Assembly: GCA_965215565.1 (NCBI GenBank)
Contig: CBDCDZ010000004.1
Span: forward strand, 2,848,001 to 2,912,000
Direction: 5' to 3'
DNA from: Trueperaceae bacterium
Lineage (GTDB): Bacteria > Deinococcota > Deinococci > Deinococcales > Trueperaceae
Length of the DNA: 64,000 nt
Of the stretch, positions 19,123 through 28,799 are shown one piece after another. The notes under the pieces were generated by a model, which saw nothing but the letters and a program-made list of their open reading frames with translations, was not told where the DNA came from and searched no databases. How positions within the stretch are numbered: position 1 is the stretch's first letter; every line of letters begins with the position of its first letter. The position numbers and the translations under genes were made by a program.

Positions 19123-20502
19123 TTACTTCCCTATACCCCTCAACCTCACCCGCTCAATAGGGGTCTCAACCCTCGTCTTCCGCCACAACCGCCACGACAA
19201 GAGCCCCGCCGCCGCTATCAGCCCCACGACGAGTCCCGTCCACAACCCGCGCCCACCGACATCCAGCCCGAACGTCAACGTCGCCCCTGTCGCCATGCCG
19301 ATACCCCAGTAGGAAAAGAGCGAAATCAGCATGGGCACGCGCGTATCTTTGAGCCCGCGTAGCGCCCCCGCCGCGCTCACCTGTACCCCGTCGAATATCT
19401 GAAACGCCGCCGCGAAGCCCAAAAAGAGCACCGCCGTGTCCACCACGGCGCGGTTCGCGGAATCACTCGCGTCGAGGTAGAGTGAGACGACGCGCCCAGG
19501 GATCAGCCAAAAGGTCAGCGCGGTCAGCACCATGAAGCCGAGACTGAGCGCCATGCCGACGCCCGCCGCCCGCTGCACCCCGTCTGCGTCCTTGCGCCCC
19601 GCCGCCCGCCCGACGCGCACCGCTGTCGCCGCCGACAAACCTACGGGCACCATAAAGGTAAAGCTCGCACTTTGAATGGCGATTTGATGCGCGGCGAGTT
19701 CGACTGTGCCGACTAGACCCATGAGAAGCGCGGTGATGGTGAAGAGCCCGCCCTCGAAGCCGAGCGTGAGACCGATGGGCCAGCCGATGACGAAGAGGTC
19801 ACGTAAGACACTCACATCGGGCGTGCGGAGTTTGGTAAACACCTCGAGCTGCGGCAGCGTGCGCTGCACGTACGCCGCCGCTAAGAGAAACGACATCCAA
19901 AACACAAAGGTGCTCGCCCAGCCTGTGCCGACGAGACCCAACGCGGGAAAGCCGAAACGCCCAAACATCAGCGCGTTGTTCGCGAAGATATTGAGCCCGA
20001 TTCCAGCCAACGCGATGAGCATGATGGGGCGTGGTTTTGAAATACCTTCCAAAAGCCCCCGCAGCCCGATGAACCATAGACCCGGCAAGTAGCCCCAGGA
20101 AATCGCTTGCAGATAGCCCGCTGCTAGCCGCACCGTCTCCGCGTCTTGCCCCATCCATAAGAGGAGCGGCGCGGCGTTCCAGAAGAGAATGATGGCGGGA
20201 ACTGTCAGACCGAGCGCTAACCAGAGACCTTGCCGCGTCGCCCGCGCCACCATCCTTTCATCGCCTGCCCCGTGCGCCTGCGAAACGGTTGGACCGACGG
20301 CAAACATCACGCCCATCCCCACAATCAGCGCCATTGTAAACACGCTGCTGCCTAAAGCGATCGCCGCGAGCTGTTCATTGCCGAGTCGCCCGACCATCAG
20401 GGTGTCGATGAAGGTCAAGGAGACCTGCGCGAGTTGCGCCAGGATGAGGGGAAGGGCGAGCGCGGCGGTGCGCCTGAGTTCGGTGAGGGAGGCTTGAGTC
20501 AT
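19123..20502 (-). CDS. MATE family efflux transporter (NorM-like)
   Basis: DTLMVGRLG, LAAHQIA, GALRGLKDT; about 12 TM. Confidence 0.9.
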   Translation of the reverse strand: MTQASLTELRRTAALALPLILAQLAQVSLTFIDTLMVGRLGNEQLAAIALGSSVFTMALIVGMGVMFAVGPTVSQAHGAGDERMVARATRQGLWLALGLTVPAIILFWNAAPLLLWMGQDAETVRLAAGYLQAISWGYLPGLWFIGLRGLLEGISKPRPIMLIALAGIGLNIFANNALMFGRFGFPALGLVGTGWASTFVFWMSFLLAAAYVQRTLPQLEVFTKLRTPDVSVLRDLFVIGWPIGLTLGFEGGLFTITALLMGLVGTVELAAHQIAIQSASFTFMVPVGLSAATAVRVGRAAGRKDADGVQRAAGVGMALSLGFMVLTALTFWLIPGRVVSLYLDASDSANRAVVDTAVLFLGFAAAFQIFDGVQVSAAGALRGLKDTRVPMLISLFSYWGIGMATGATLTFGLDVGGRGLWTGLVVGLIAAAGLLSWRLWRKTRVETPIERVRLRGIGK

Positions 20503-20608
20503 GAGAAAACCTGCTTAGCAGGTCTAGCCTAAGCCTCTAAAGAGATAGGGTCAAGCGTAGAGGCGTCAACAGGGGCCCCAAGCAACCTAAACCGAGTAAA
20601 ATGGGCGT

Positions 20609-21094
20609 ATGGAATGGTCAGAGGTTATCGAAAACGAAACGCTACAAGACCTCCCCTTTAAGATCGAACTCAATGAATGGGGCAACATTGTCATGAGCCC
20701 GACTTCGAACAACCACAGCCTCATTCAAGGTGTCATCATGGGGGTACTGCACCAGCTTAAAAAGGAGGGACACGTCTTTCCTGAATGCTCAGTCCAAACG
20801 TCCAAAGGTGTAAAAGTTGCTGACGTAGCCTGGGTCTCAGCCAATTTTCTCTCTACGAACGGCGTGGAAACACCCTACAGCGTCGCCCCAGAACTCTGTA
20901 TTGAAGTAGTTTCACCCTCCAACTCAGACGCGGAGATGGCGCAAAAGCGCGACCTCTATTTTGCCAAGGGCGCAAAAGAGGTGTGGACATGTAGCCTAGA
21001 GGGACACGTCACCTTTTTCAATCATTACGGCGAGAGCGAGACCTCCCAGCTCTTCCCGAATTTTCCCAGCACCGTCGAGCTACCTGGCGTGTAG
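20609..21094 (+). CDS. Uma2 family endonuclease
   Basis: KVADVAW, APELCIEVVSPSN, GAKEVW. Confidence 0.9.
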   Translation: MEWSEVIENETLQDLPFKIELNEWGNIVMSPTSNNHSLIQGVIMGVLHQLKKEGHVFPECSVQTSKGVKVADVAWVSANFLSTNGVETPYSVAPELCIEVVSPSNSDAEMAQKRDLYFAKGAKEVWTCSLEGHVTFFNHYGESETSQLFPNFPSTVELPGV

Positions 21095-21159
21095 CCTTCT
21101 GCGGGCACAAAAACCTCTCACGCTTTCTGTATAATCACCCTTAGTGAGCAGGAGGCATC

Positions 21160-23982
21160 ATGCAAAGCCCAAAAGAACCCAAAATCAACGTTGACGAGCT
21201 GAGGGGTAGGTTTCTCGAGTTCTTCAGATCGAAAAACCACCTCATCTACCCGTCCGCGTCCTTAGACCCCAAAGACCCAACGCTACTTTTTACCTCAGCG
21301 GGGATGGTGCAGTTCAAGCCGTATTTCTTGGGCGCGACGCCTAAGTTCGCAGGCTACGAGGGCGTCCACCACCGCGTCACCACGGCGCAGAAATGCTTGC
21401 GCGTCGGCGATGTGGAGAACGTTGGGCGCACCCTGCGGCATCACTCGTTCTTCGAGATGATGGGGAACTTCTCGTTCGGCGACTACTTTAAGAAAGAGGC
21501 GGCGGCTTGGGCGTGGGAGTTCTTGACCTCGCCCGAGTGGATGGGGCTAGACCCCGAACGCCTCTACGTCACGGTTTATTTAGACGACGACGAAGCCTTT
21601 GACGTGTGGACGCGAGAGGTTGGCGTACCCGAAGCGCGCATGTCGCGCTGGGATGAGGACGAGAACTTCTGGCCCGCGAGCGCCGTGTCAGCGGGTCCGA
21701 ACGGTCCGTGTGGTCCCTGCTCAGAAATCTTTTATGACCGAGGCCCCGAATACGGCACGCCTGACGAGACGGGACCGAACACGGGCTCCGGCGACCGCTT
21801 CATCGAGATTTGGAACCTCGTCTTTACGCAGTTCGATAGGCGAGAGGGCGGCGAGTTGGTTCCGTTGCCGCAGCAAAACATCGACACCGGTCTGGGCTTC
21901 GAGCGACTCGCGGCGGTGATGTCGGGCGCGGAAGATGCGTACGCGACGGACCTCTTTCAACCGACGATCCAAAAGGTCGTGCAGCTTTCAGGGCAACCTT
22001 ATAGGGGCGTCAAGAGTACCTCGCACCGCGTGATTGCGGACCACACCCGCGCTGTCACCTTTGCGATTAGCGAAGGGATTTTACCCACGAACGACGGGAA
22101 GGGCTACGTCATCAAGATGCTCCTGCGCCGCGCGTCGCGTCATGCTTGGCTCTTGGGCTTGCGCGAACCTGTTCTACACAAACTCGTAGAGCAAGTTATA
22201 GAGGCGATGGGCAGGGCGTATCCCGAACTCAAAGACGCCAAGGAGCGCGTGCAGGGCATCGTTAAAACGGAAGAGGCGCAGTTTTTGAAGACCTTGGAGT
22301 CCGGCATCCAGCGTGTCGGCAACCTCTTGGATGAGCTTGACACAGGGATGCTGCCGGGTGACGTGGCGTTCGACCTCTGGGAGACGTACGGCTTTCCCCT
22401 CGACTTGACCGAAGAGATGGCGGCGGAGCGGGGCGTGTCGGTGGATAGGGCGGGCTATCAGAGCGCAAGGGAAAGAGCGCGGCAGGTCTCGAAGAGTGGC
22501 GCGCAGACGGGCGCACTCTTCACCGCGAGTAAAGACACGCTCGGCAAAATCGCAGGCGAGCACGGCGAGACGAGATTTTTGGGGTACGAAGAGACGCAGA
22601 GCGACTCGAGCATCGTCGCCCTTATCGTAGGCGATGAAGAGGGCGACGAGGTTCAAGAAGCTCAGAGCGTCCAGATTATCCTCGACCAAACCCCATTTTA
22701 CGCTGAAGGAGGCGGGCAGATTGGGGACGCGGGGGTGCTCGAGTGGTCCGGTAACACCTCCAATGACGTGGGCGGCAAAGCCATCGTCAGCACCACCACT
22801 AAGAGCAAAGAGGGGCTTTTTCTCCACAAAGCGAAGGTTCTGCGCGGCACGTTGACAAGAGGTCAAGCGGTTCACGCAGCCATTGACCCGAGCAGGCGCG
22901 AGACCGAAAAACACCACTCCGCCACGCACCTTTTACACGCCGCGCTGCGCAGCGTTTTGGGCACGCACGTCGCGCAAGCGGGCTCGCTCGTCGCCCCAGA
23001 CCGTCTCCGCTTCGACTTCTCGCACTCCCAGCTCATCAGCCGTGAAGAGGTTACGAAGATCGAAACGCTCGTCAACCGCTGGATTCAGGCGGACTTCGGG
23101 GTCAACTGGCGCGTGGTGCCCATTGCTGAGGCGAGGGAGAACGGCGCGATGATGCTCTTCGGCGAGAAGTACGGCGAAGAGGTGCGCATGGTGACGATGG
23201 GGCGGGCGGTTGGCACGGCGGACCAGATTTCCCATGACGGTACGGACCTCTTAGCGGGCGGCGGCGAGGTAGCGGGTGCCTCCGAGAAGGTCAATACAGC
23301 GGAGAGCCCGAACGGTGAAGGGGCGATTTCGGTGGAACTCTGCGGCGGCACGCACGTGAAGCGCACGGGGGAGATCGGCAGTCTCATCATCACTTCGGAA
23401 GAGGCGGTCTCGGCGGGGGTGAGACGGCTCGAGGCCCTCACCGGCATGGCCGCGTTAGGCTATGTCCAGAGCTTGCGCGAAGGCACCAACGCCGTCGCGC
23501 AGAGTTTAGGCGTCAAGTCCGACGACTTAGCTCTACGCATCCAAAAACTCCAAAACGACCTCAAAGCGGCGCAGCGCGAGAGCGCGTCCCTGCGCGATAA
23601 GCTGGCTGCTGCACAGGTTGGTATGCAGTCGTCCGGTGGTGCCAAGAGCGACGTGCAAGAGGCGGCGGGCTTTCGCTACAGCACCTTGCAGCTTCAAGAA
23701 CTCGACGCCACCGCCTTGCGCAACGCGGCGGACAACCTCTTGTCCTCTTCGGACGCCGATGTCGTCGTCCTCGCCAGCGGCAACCTCATGGTGGCGAAGG
23801 TCAGCAAAGACGCCCAGCAGCGCGGCGCACACGCGGGCAACCTCATCCGTGAGGTGGCGAAGCGCGCGGGCGGCGGCGGCGGCGGACGCCCCGACTTGGC
23901 GCAAGCCGGGGTCAAGGATGCGTCGCAGGTGCAGGGCGCACTCGCAGCCGTGCCCGAGATTCTGAAGGGCATGAGCCATTAG
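21160..23982 (+). CDS. alaS: Alanine--tRNA ligase
   Basis: LLFTSAGMVQFK, HHSATHLLH, ELCGGTH, GGGGGRPDLAQAG. Confidence 0.98.
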   Translation: MQSPKEPKINVDELRGRFLEFFRSKNHLIYPSASLDPKDPTLLFTSAGMVQFKPYFLGATPKFAGYEGVHHRVTTAQKCLRVGDVENVGRTLRHHSFFEMMGNFSFGDYFKKEAAAWAWEFLTSPEWMGLDPERLYVTVYLDDDEAFDVWTREVGVPEARMSRWDEDENFWPASAVSAGPNGPCGPCSEIFYDRGPEYGTPDETGPNTGSGDRFIEIWNLVFTQFDRREGGELVPLPQQNIDTGLGFERLAAVMSGAEDAYATDLFQPTIQKVVQLSGQPYRGVKSTSHRVIADHTRAVTFAISEGILPTNDGKGYVIKMLLRRASRHAWLLGLREPVLHKLVEQVIEAMGRAYPELKDAKERVQGIVKTEEAQFLKTLESGIQRVGNLLDELDTGMLPGDVAFDLWETYGFPLDLTEEMAAERGVSVDRAGYQSARERARQVSKSGAQTGALFTASKDTLGKIAGEHGETRFLGYEETQSDSSIVALIVGDEEGDEVQEAQSVQIILDQTPFYAEGGGQIGDAGVLEWSGNTSNDVGGKAIVSTTTKSKEGLFLHKAKVLRGTLTRGQAVHAAIDPSRRETEKHHSATHLLHAALRSVLGTHVAQAGSLVAPDRLRFDFSHSQLISREEVTKIETLVNRWIQADFGVNWRVVPIAEARENGAMMLFGEKYGEEVRMVTMGRAVGTADQISHDGTDLLAGGGEVAGASEKVNTAESPNGEGAISVELCGGTHVKRTGEIGSLIITSEEAVSAGVRRLEALTGMAALGYVQSLREGTNAVAQSLGVKSDDLALRIQKLQNDLKAAQRESASLRDKLAAAQVGMQSSGGAKSDVQEAAGFRYSTLQLQELDATALRNAADNLLSSSDADVVVLASGNLMVAKVSKDAQQRGAHAGNLIREVAKRAGGGGGGRPDLAQAGVKDASQVQGALAAVPEILKGMSH

Positions 23983-24772
23983 CGACAAGTACACGTTTCA
24001 GCCCCGCCTCGTCGCGATTGACCTAGACGGCACGCTCCTCACCTCTTCGAAAGAGGTGACGCAACGTTCGGAAAGGGCGATTCGCGGGCTCTGCGCGAAG
24101 GGCGTCAAAGTCGTCCTCTGCACTGGACGCCCGCCGCGCTTTACAGAACACGTGGCGGAAGGTTTGGGGCTCCGCGATCTCGTCATCATGCATCACGGGG
24201 CGATCGTCTATGATTTCGTGCAGGGCGAGATGCTTTTTCACAATGAGTTGACTCAGAAAACCGCGCTCGAGGTCATCCGCACGATGCGTCAAAAACACGA
24301 CGGGGTGATGGTGGGGCTCGAGACCTCCTACGGCTGGTTTCATGACCAAGCGCTGTACGACTTGCGCCGCCCCGATCCCGCCCCGACGGGCGTCGGCGCA
24401 GCCGAAGACTTCGTCCGCGAAAACGTCACCAAGCTCCTCTTTCGCCATGTGGAGATGGACGCTAGAGCGTTCAGCCGCACCTTAAAAGACTTTGACGTCC
24501 ACACCACCTGGAGTTCGCCCGAGCTTTTAGAGGTCATTGCAAAGAACGTCAACAAGCGCGAAGCCTTGAAGCAAGTGGCGGCGGCGAGAGGTTTGGACGC
24601 GGCGGACGTGGCGGTCTTCGGCGATCAGAACAACGACGTCGAGATGCTCGCGTGGGCGGGTTTCGGTGTGGCGATGGGCAACGCGAGTGACGAGGCGAAA
24701 GAGGTGGCGGATAGGGTGACGGATACGAACGACGAGGACGGCGTCGCCAAGGTTTTAGAGGCTTGGTTTTAG
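23978..24772 (+). CDS. Cof-type HAD-IIB hydrolase (start probably non-canonical)
   Basis: In-frame RLVAIDLDGTLL upstream of the ORF-track start; FGDQNND, AMGNA, EDGVA. Confidence 0.85.
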   Translation: MSDKYTFQPRLVAIDLDGTLLTSSKEVTQRSERAIRGLCAKGVKVVLCTGRPPRFTEHVAEGLGLRDLVIMHHGAIVYDFVQGEMLFHNELTQKTALEVIRTMRQKHDGVMVGLETSYGWFHDQALYDLRRPDPAPTGVGAAEDFVRENVTKLLFRHVEMDARAFSRTLKDFDVHTTWSSPELLEVIAKNVNKREALKQVAAARGLDAADVAVFGDQNNDVEMLAWAGFGVAMGNASDEAKEVADRVTDTNDEDGVAKVLEAWF

Positions 24773-24788
24773 AGGCCTGGTTGTAAAG

Positions 24789-25544
24789 ATGACGCTCATC
24801 GTTTTTGGCTACGGACCCATTGAGGCGAACAAGAATTTCAACCTCAATGTTTACGGACGCCTCAACGCGCTCGCAGCGGGAATGCTTTATCAACGTGACG
24901 AAACCGGGCGCATCGTCCCCACAGGTGGACGCACGGGCGGCGCGGGGCTCCCTTCCGAAGCGGAGGCGATGAAGCGGCATTTGCTACGCAACTTCGACCT
25001 CCCTGAAGAGGTCATCGTCTTAGAACACCAAGCGAGCGATACCGTCACCAACTTCGTTCACGTCGCGAATATTTTGGATGGTTTGGAGGCTCGAAGCAAT
25101 CTCACCTTCCTCGCCTTTGGCTTTCACTTGTCCCGCATCCGTCACCTCGCTGACCTCTTTGGCTTAGAAGGCGATTTCATCGCAGCGGAAGCGGTGGTTG
25201 GGGAACGCTCAGCGCGTCACCAGAAACTTTTACGGGACCTCTTGAATCTGGACAACGAAACATATCTCAAACTCCTCACGGGTCAAGTGCGCGGAATGCG
25301 CGGCTTGAAAGAGATACCCGAGTATTGGCTGCCGCCAGCGGCGCAGCTTCAGAGTGAACGGCGGCTCGAGTCCATCATGCAATCCATGCAGGTGCAGACT
25401 TTCTTGCGCTCACGGGGACTCAACCCAGCCGCGCCCACTGACTTCAAAGCTGTTCTTTCCGCTATCCCGCGCCGCTTTCCTGAACCGAAACCAGAGGATA
25501 GGAAGAGGGCTGTGCGCGAAGCTCGAGAGGTCAGCCTTGCCTGA
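24789..25544 (+). CDS. YdcF/DUF218 family protein
   Basis: TGGRTGG..SEAEAM, LEHQASDTVTN, FHLSR. Confidence 0.7.
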   Translation: MTLIVFGYGPIEANKNFNLNVYGRLNALAAGMLYQRDETGRIVPTGGRTGGAGLPSEAEAMKRHLLRNFDLPEEVIVLEHQASDTVTNFVHVANILDGLEARSNLTFLAFGFHLSRIRHLADLFGLEGDFIAAEAVVGERSARHQKLLRDLLNLDNETYLKLLTGQVRGMRGLKEIPEYWLPPAAQLQSERRLESIMQSMQVQTFLRSRGLNPAAPTDFKAVLSAIPRRFPEPKPEDRKRAVREAREVSLA

Positions 25545-25974
25545 AGTCGTCTTAGCCTTGGATGTGGGCGACGCCCGCATCGGCTTAGCGAGGGGTGAAG
25601 TCGGCTCGGCGTTCGCCTTTGGGCGCGGCTTCATCACCCGCAAAAAACTCAGAGATGACGTGGCTGAACTTCAAGAGGTCATGGGGCGCGAGGGCGCGTC
25701 GCTTCTCGTCATCGGCTTGCCTAAGCGGAGCGACGGAACAGATTCGAAGCAGACGGTGAAGGTGCGCAGTTTTTCCAAGGAGTTGGAGAAGCGCGGCTTC
25801 AGCGTCGTTTTAGAGGACGAACGCTTCACCACCCGCATCGCCACGCAGAACGTCACGCAGAGCGGGCTGCCCAAGACCAAGCGCCAGAGCAAGGGGCGTG
25901 TGGACGAGGCGTCGGCGGTCCTGATTTTAGAGAGTTATCTCGCTAGGCTTTCGTTCGAAAATGAGGTAGGCTAG
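25537..25974 (+). CDS. ruvX: Pre-16S rRNA nuclease YqgF/RuvX
   Basis: LALDVGDARIGLA, IGLP, DERFTT, VDEASAVLILESYL. Confidence 0.92.
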   Translation: MPEVVLALDVGDARIGLARGEVGSAFAFGRGFITRKKLRDDVAELQEVMGREGASLLVIGLPKRSDGTDSKQTVKVRSFSKELEKRGFSVVLEDERFTTRIATQNVTQSGLPKTKRQSKGRVDEASAVLILESYLARLSFENEVG

Positions 25975-25979
25975 CTCAC

Positions 25980-27044
25980 GTGAGTGACCTATCAACCTCT
26001 TCACCGCGTCAGCGCTCTTCTCGACCTCTTGTGCGCGGCGTGCTCGTCATCATCTTTTTCGCGCTCGCCCTCGTGTTAGCAGGTATCCTCTTCGTGCGTC
26101 AGCAGCTCACGCCTGTAGACGAGGGCGCGGCGCAGACCACCGAGTTCGAAATCTTGCCGGGTTGGGGCGCGTCGCGGGTGGCGAGCGAACTTGCTGAAGC
26201 GGATTTGGTAAGGAGCGCGCGTTTCTTCTCGCTCTGGCTGCGCTTTGAGGGAACGGACACGCAGATCGGTGAAGGGCTCTACGATCTCTCTCCAGCGATG
26301 AGCGCCCACGAGCTTGCCGAAGCGTTGGAGGCGGGCGGGCGTCCGAGGGTCGCGGGCGTGACGATTCCCGAAGGCTTTCGCAGCGTGAGAGTGGCTTCGC
26401 GACTGGCGGAGGCGGGGCTCGGCGCGGAAGAGGTGCTGATGCAGAGCATCCTCTCGCCAGGAGGATTGCGCCCGAGCTACGTCCCCGAGGGCGTCGGCTT
26501 GGAGGGCTACCTCTTTCCTGCGTCTTACGAATTTCCGGTTCGCAGCACCGCTGTAGACGCCCTGGACGTCATGGTGCAGCGTTTCGAGCGCGAACTCACG
26601 CCGGAGATCGAAGCGGCGCTGACGTCCCTCAACTTGAGCGTCCACGACTGGGTCACGCTCGCCAGCATCATCCAAGCCGAAGCGGGCAACCACGAAGAGA
26701 TGCCCGTGATTGCAGGCGTCTTTTTGAACCGCTTGGACGAAGGGATGCCGCTGCAGTCCGACCCGACGGTGGCGTACGGTCTCGGCAAGAGGTTGCCTGA
26801 ACTCGACAGAAACGCAGGCGACTTCGAGGCGGAGCACCCTTGGAACACGTATGTCTTTGCAGGGCTGCCGCCGAGTCCGATTGGCAACCCTGGACGGGCG
26901 GCGCTACGGGCTGTCTTTACCCCTCAGCGCGTCAACGAGGCGAACGAACCTTATTTCTACTTTTTACACGGGCGCGGCGGCGAGTTTCGCCCTAATGTGA
27001 CCTTCGAGGCGCACAACCAGGACGTGCAGGAGTTTTTGCGCTGA
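25980..27044 (+). CDS. mltG: Endolytic transglycosylase MltG
   Basis: TIPEG, LEGYLFP, LASIIQAE, LQSDPT, GLPPSPIGNPG. Confidence 0.92.
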   Translation: MSDLSTSSPRQRSSRPLVRGVLVIIFFALALVLAGILFVRQQLTPVDEGAAQTTEFEILPGWGASRVASELAEADLVRSARFFSLWLRFEGTDTQIGEGLYDLSPAMSAHELAEALEAGGRPRVAGVTIPEGFRSVRVASRLAEAGLGAEEVLMQSILSPGGLRPSYVPEGVGLEGYLFPASYEFPVRSTAVDALDVMVQRFERELTPEIEAALTSLNLSVHDWVTLASIIQAEAGNHEEMPVIAGVFLNRLDEGMPLQSDPTVAYGLGKRLPELDRNAGDFEAEHPWNTYVFAGLPPSPIGNPGRAALRAVFTPQRVNEANEPYFYFLHGRGGEFRPNVTFEAHNQDVQEFLR

Positions 27045-27063
27045 GACAATCCTCGAGCCCCCT

Positions 27064-27465
27064 TCACTCAACGTCATAAAGCACTGAGCCTTCATACGGA
27101 GCTTCTAGTAGCGAGGCGAGCCTCGAGCCCAAATCTCCAACGTGCGCTTCCAACTTGTGACCGTTGGGGTCCGTGAAGTAGAGCGACGCGCCTTCGCTCT
27201 TATTCTCGTGCCAGCGCGACTCGGCGGAGATGACCTCTTCGAGTTGCCTCATCCCCTTCAGCGTCGTCGAAAAGGCGAGGTGGGTGTAGTCATCTCTAGG
27301 CGTAGTTGATGGGTCTAAGGTCAAACAGACCCAAGTATCACCGACTTCGAGATATGCACCCTTGTTCCAACGCGCCCGCAGCTTAAAGCCGATAGACGTG
27401 TAGAAACCTAGCGATATGCCCAAATCTTTTACGGCGAGCGTGATGTGGTTGAGCCCGGTCAGCAT
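27064..27465 (-). CDS. FosA-like fosfomycin thiol transferase (VOC family)
   Basis: MLTGLNHITLAV, GAYL, DYTHLAF, NKSEGASLYFTDPNGHKLEAHVGDL. Confidence 0.75.
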   Translation of the reverse strand: MLTGLNHITLAVKDLGISLGFYTSIGFKLRARWNKGAYLEVGDTWVCLTLDPSTTPRDDYTHLAFSTTLKGMRQLEEVISAESRWHENKSEGASLYFTDPNGHKLEAHVGDLGSRLASLLEAPYEGSVLYDVE

Positions 27466-27485
27466 GTCTTTATTTTACGCTCAAC

Positions 27486-28154
27486 TTACCTTATCTGACG
27501 GCGGCGCAAAAAGGTGGACAAAGCGAGGCTCGAGACCAATAAGAGTGCCGACGCGAGCAAGTACCAGACGTTGATTTGGACGCCCTCTGTACTGAATTCC
27601 CCCTCGAGCGACGCCCCTGCTAGCACCCCGACGAGCAGCCCAGGAATCCCGCCGATCAATGTGGCGAGCATAAACGCCGTGAAAGAGATGCGCAGTGCGC
27701 CAGCGGCGTAATTGACCAAGTCGCCGGGCAAGAAGAGGAAGCGGCTCAGCAGAACGCTCTCAAAGGCGCGGGTGCGCAGCCGCTCGGTCCAGTATGGGCT
27801 CAGTCCTGGAATATCGCCCGTTCTGTTTCCCGCGAGATAGTGCCCGAAGAGGTACGCGAGCGCTGTGGAGAAAAGCGACGCGACGAGCGCGTAGAGGGAG
27901 CCCCACACCGCGCCGAAGAGAAAACCCGAGGCGACGGTTAAGAGCGTAATGGGCACGAGTAAAAAGGGACGAATGAGGTAGACGACGAAAAACACAAGGG
28001 GTCCCGTGACGCCGCCCCGCATGAACGAGAGCCAGCCTCCGAACAGCTCGAGCAGCGTCTCGTCTCGTCTTTGAACGTAGAGCCAGAAGAGGACGAGCGC
28101 CGTCAACCAGAGCGCGAGTATCACTTTAGACCACACCGAACGCTGAACTGTCAC
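27486..28154 (-). CDS. TVP38/TMEM64 (DedA/VTT) membrane protein
   Basis: YLIRPFLLVP, SGFLFG, RFLFLPGDLVNYAAG. Confidence 0.85.
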   Translation of the reverse strand: MTVQRSVWSKVILALWLTALVLFWLYVQRRDETLLELFGGWLSFMRGGVTGPLVFFVVYLIRPFLLVPITLLTVASGFLFGAVWGSLYALVASLFSTALAYLFGHYLAGNRTGDIPGLSPYWTERLRTRAFESVLLSRFLFLPGDLVNYAAGALRISFTAFMLATLIGGIPGLLVGVLAGASLEGEFSTEGVQINVWYLLASALLLVSSLALSTFLRRRQIR

Positions 28155-28799
28155 CTCTAAGAGTATGCCACGTGGAGGCGGCACGCTTAGGTCAGTGCGC
28201 AGCTTGCTCGAGTACGAGCAATACAGGCTGAACCGTAATGCTCGAGCCTGTGGACCTTCGCGGCTGATGGGCAGGGCAACTGTAAACTGCAAGTGAAGCA
28301 TCTGACAGTCGAGCTATCCTTCGACGTTGAGGCTGAGGAGGTAGACGCTTTAGCGATGACGTTGCCGACCTCTTGACTCGAGAGGTCAACCGAGCAGCTA
28401 TCTGTTTACGACGTGCTAGACGCACCTCATCTCATTGAGAACGGTTTAGTGAAGGCTCAACCCTTGTTCTAGGGGTGGTCTCTTTTCTAACCTCTTGTCA
28501 AAATTTTCTCAGTGCGCTTATACTTGCAAAGTTGTCCTGCAGCACGCATAATAGTGACTGCGCGGCGGCGTTAGCCCCTGCACCCTCCAACTCAAACCCG
28601 TCTCCTGCGTTGCTGAAACGTCCAACTTCAGTAGCGCCGGTCCATTCTTTTAAGCGGGCACGAAACGTAAACAACGTGTCTCTCGAGTACGTTGTTGTCC
28701 CTTGCTGCCTTGTTCTAAAAGCTCTTCCACTCCGCCCTTCGCTTCATCTGATCCTACATCTGATCCTTCGTCCTCTCCCCCTATTTTAGAGGTTCATCT

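Noticed and set aside
20505..20525. ACCTGCTTAGCAGGT as another repeat copy
   Set aside because: Only a short palindrome of the end motif, with no internal scaffold motifs.
28192..28425. 77-aa ORF between the TVP38 gene and sulP
   Set aside because: No recognisable motif or supporting feature; left uncalled.
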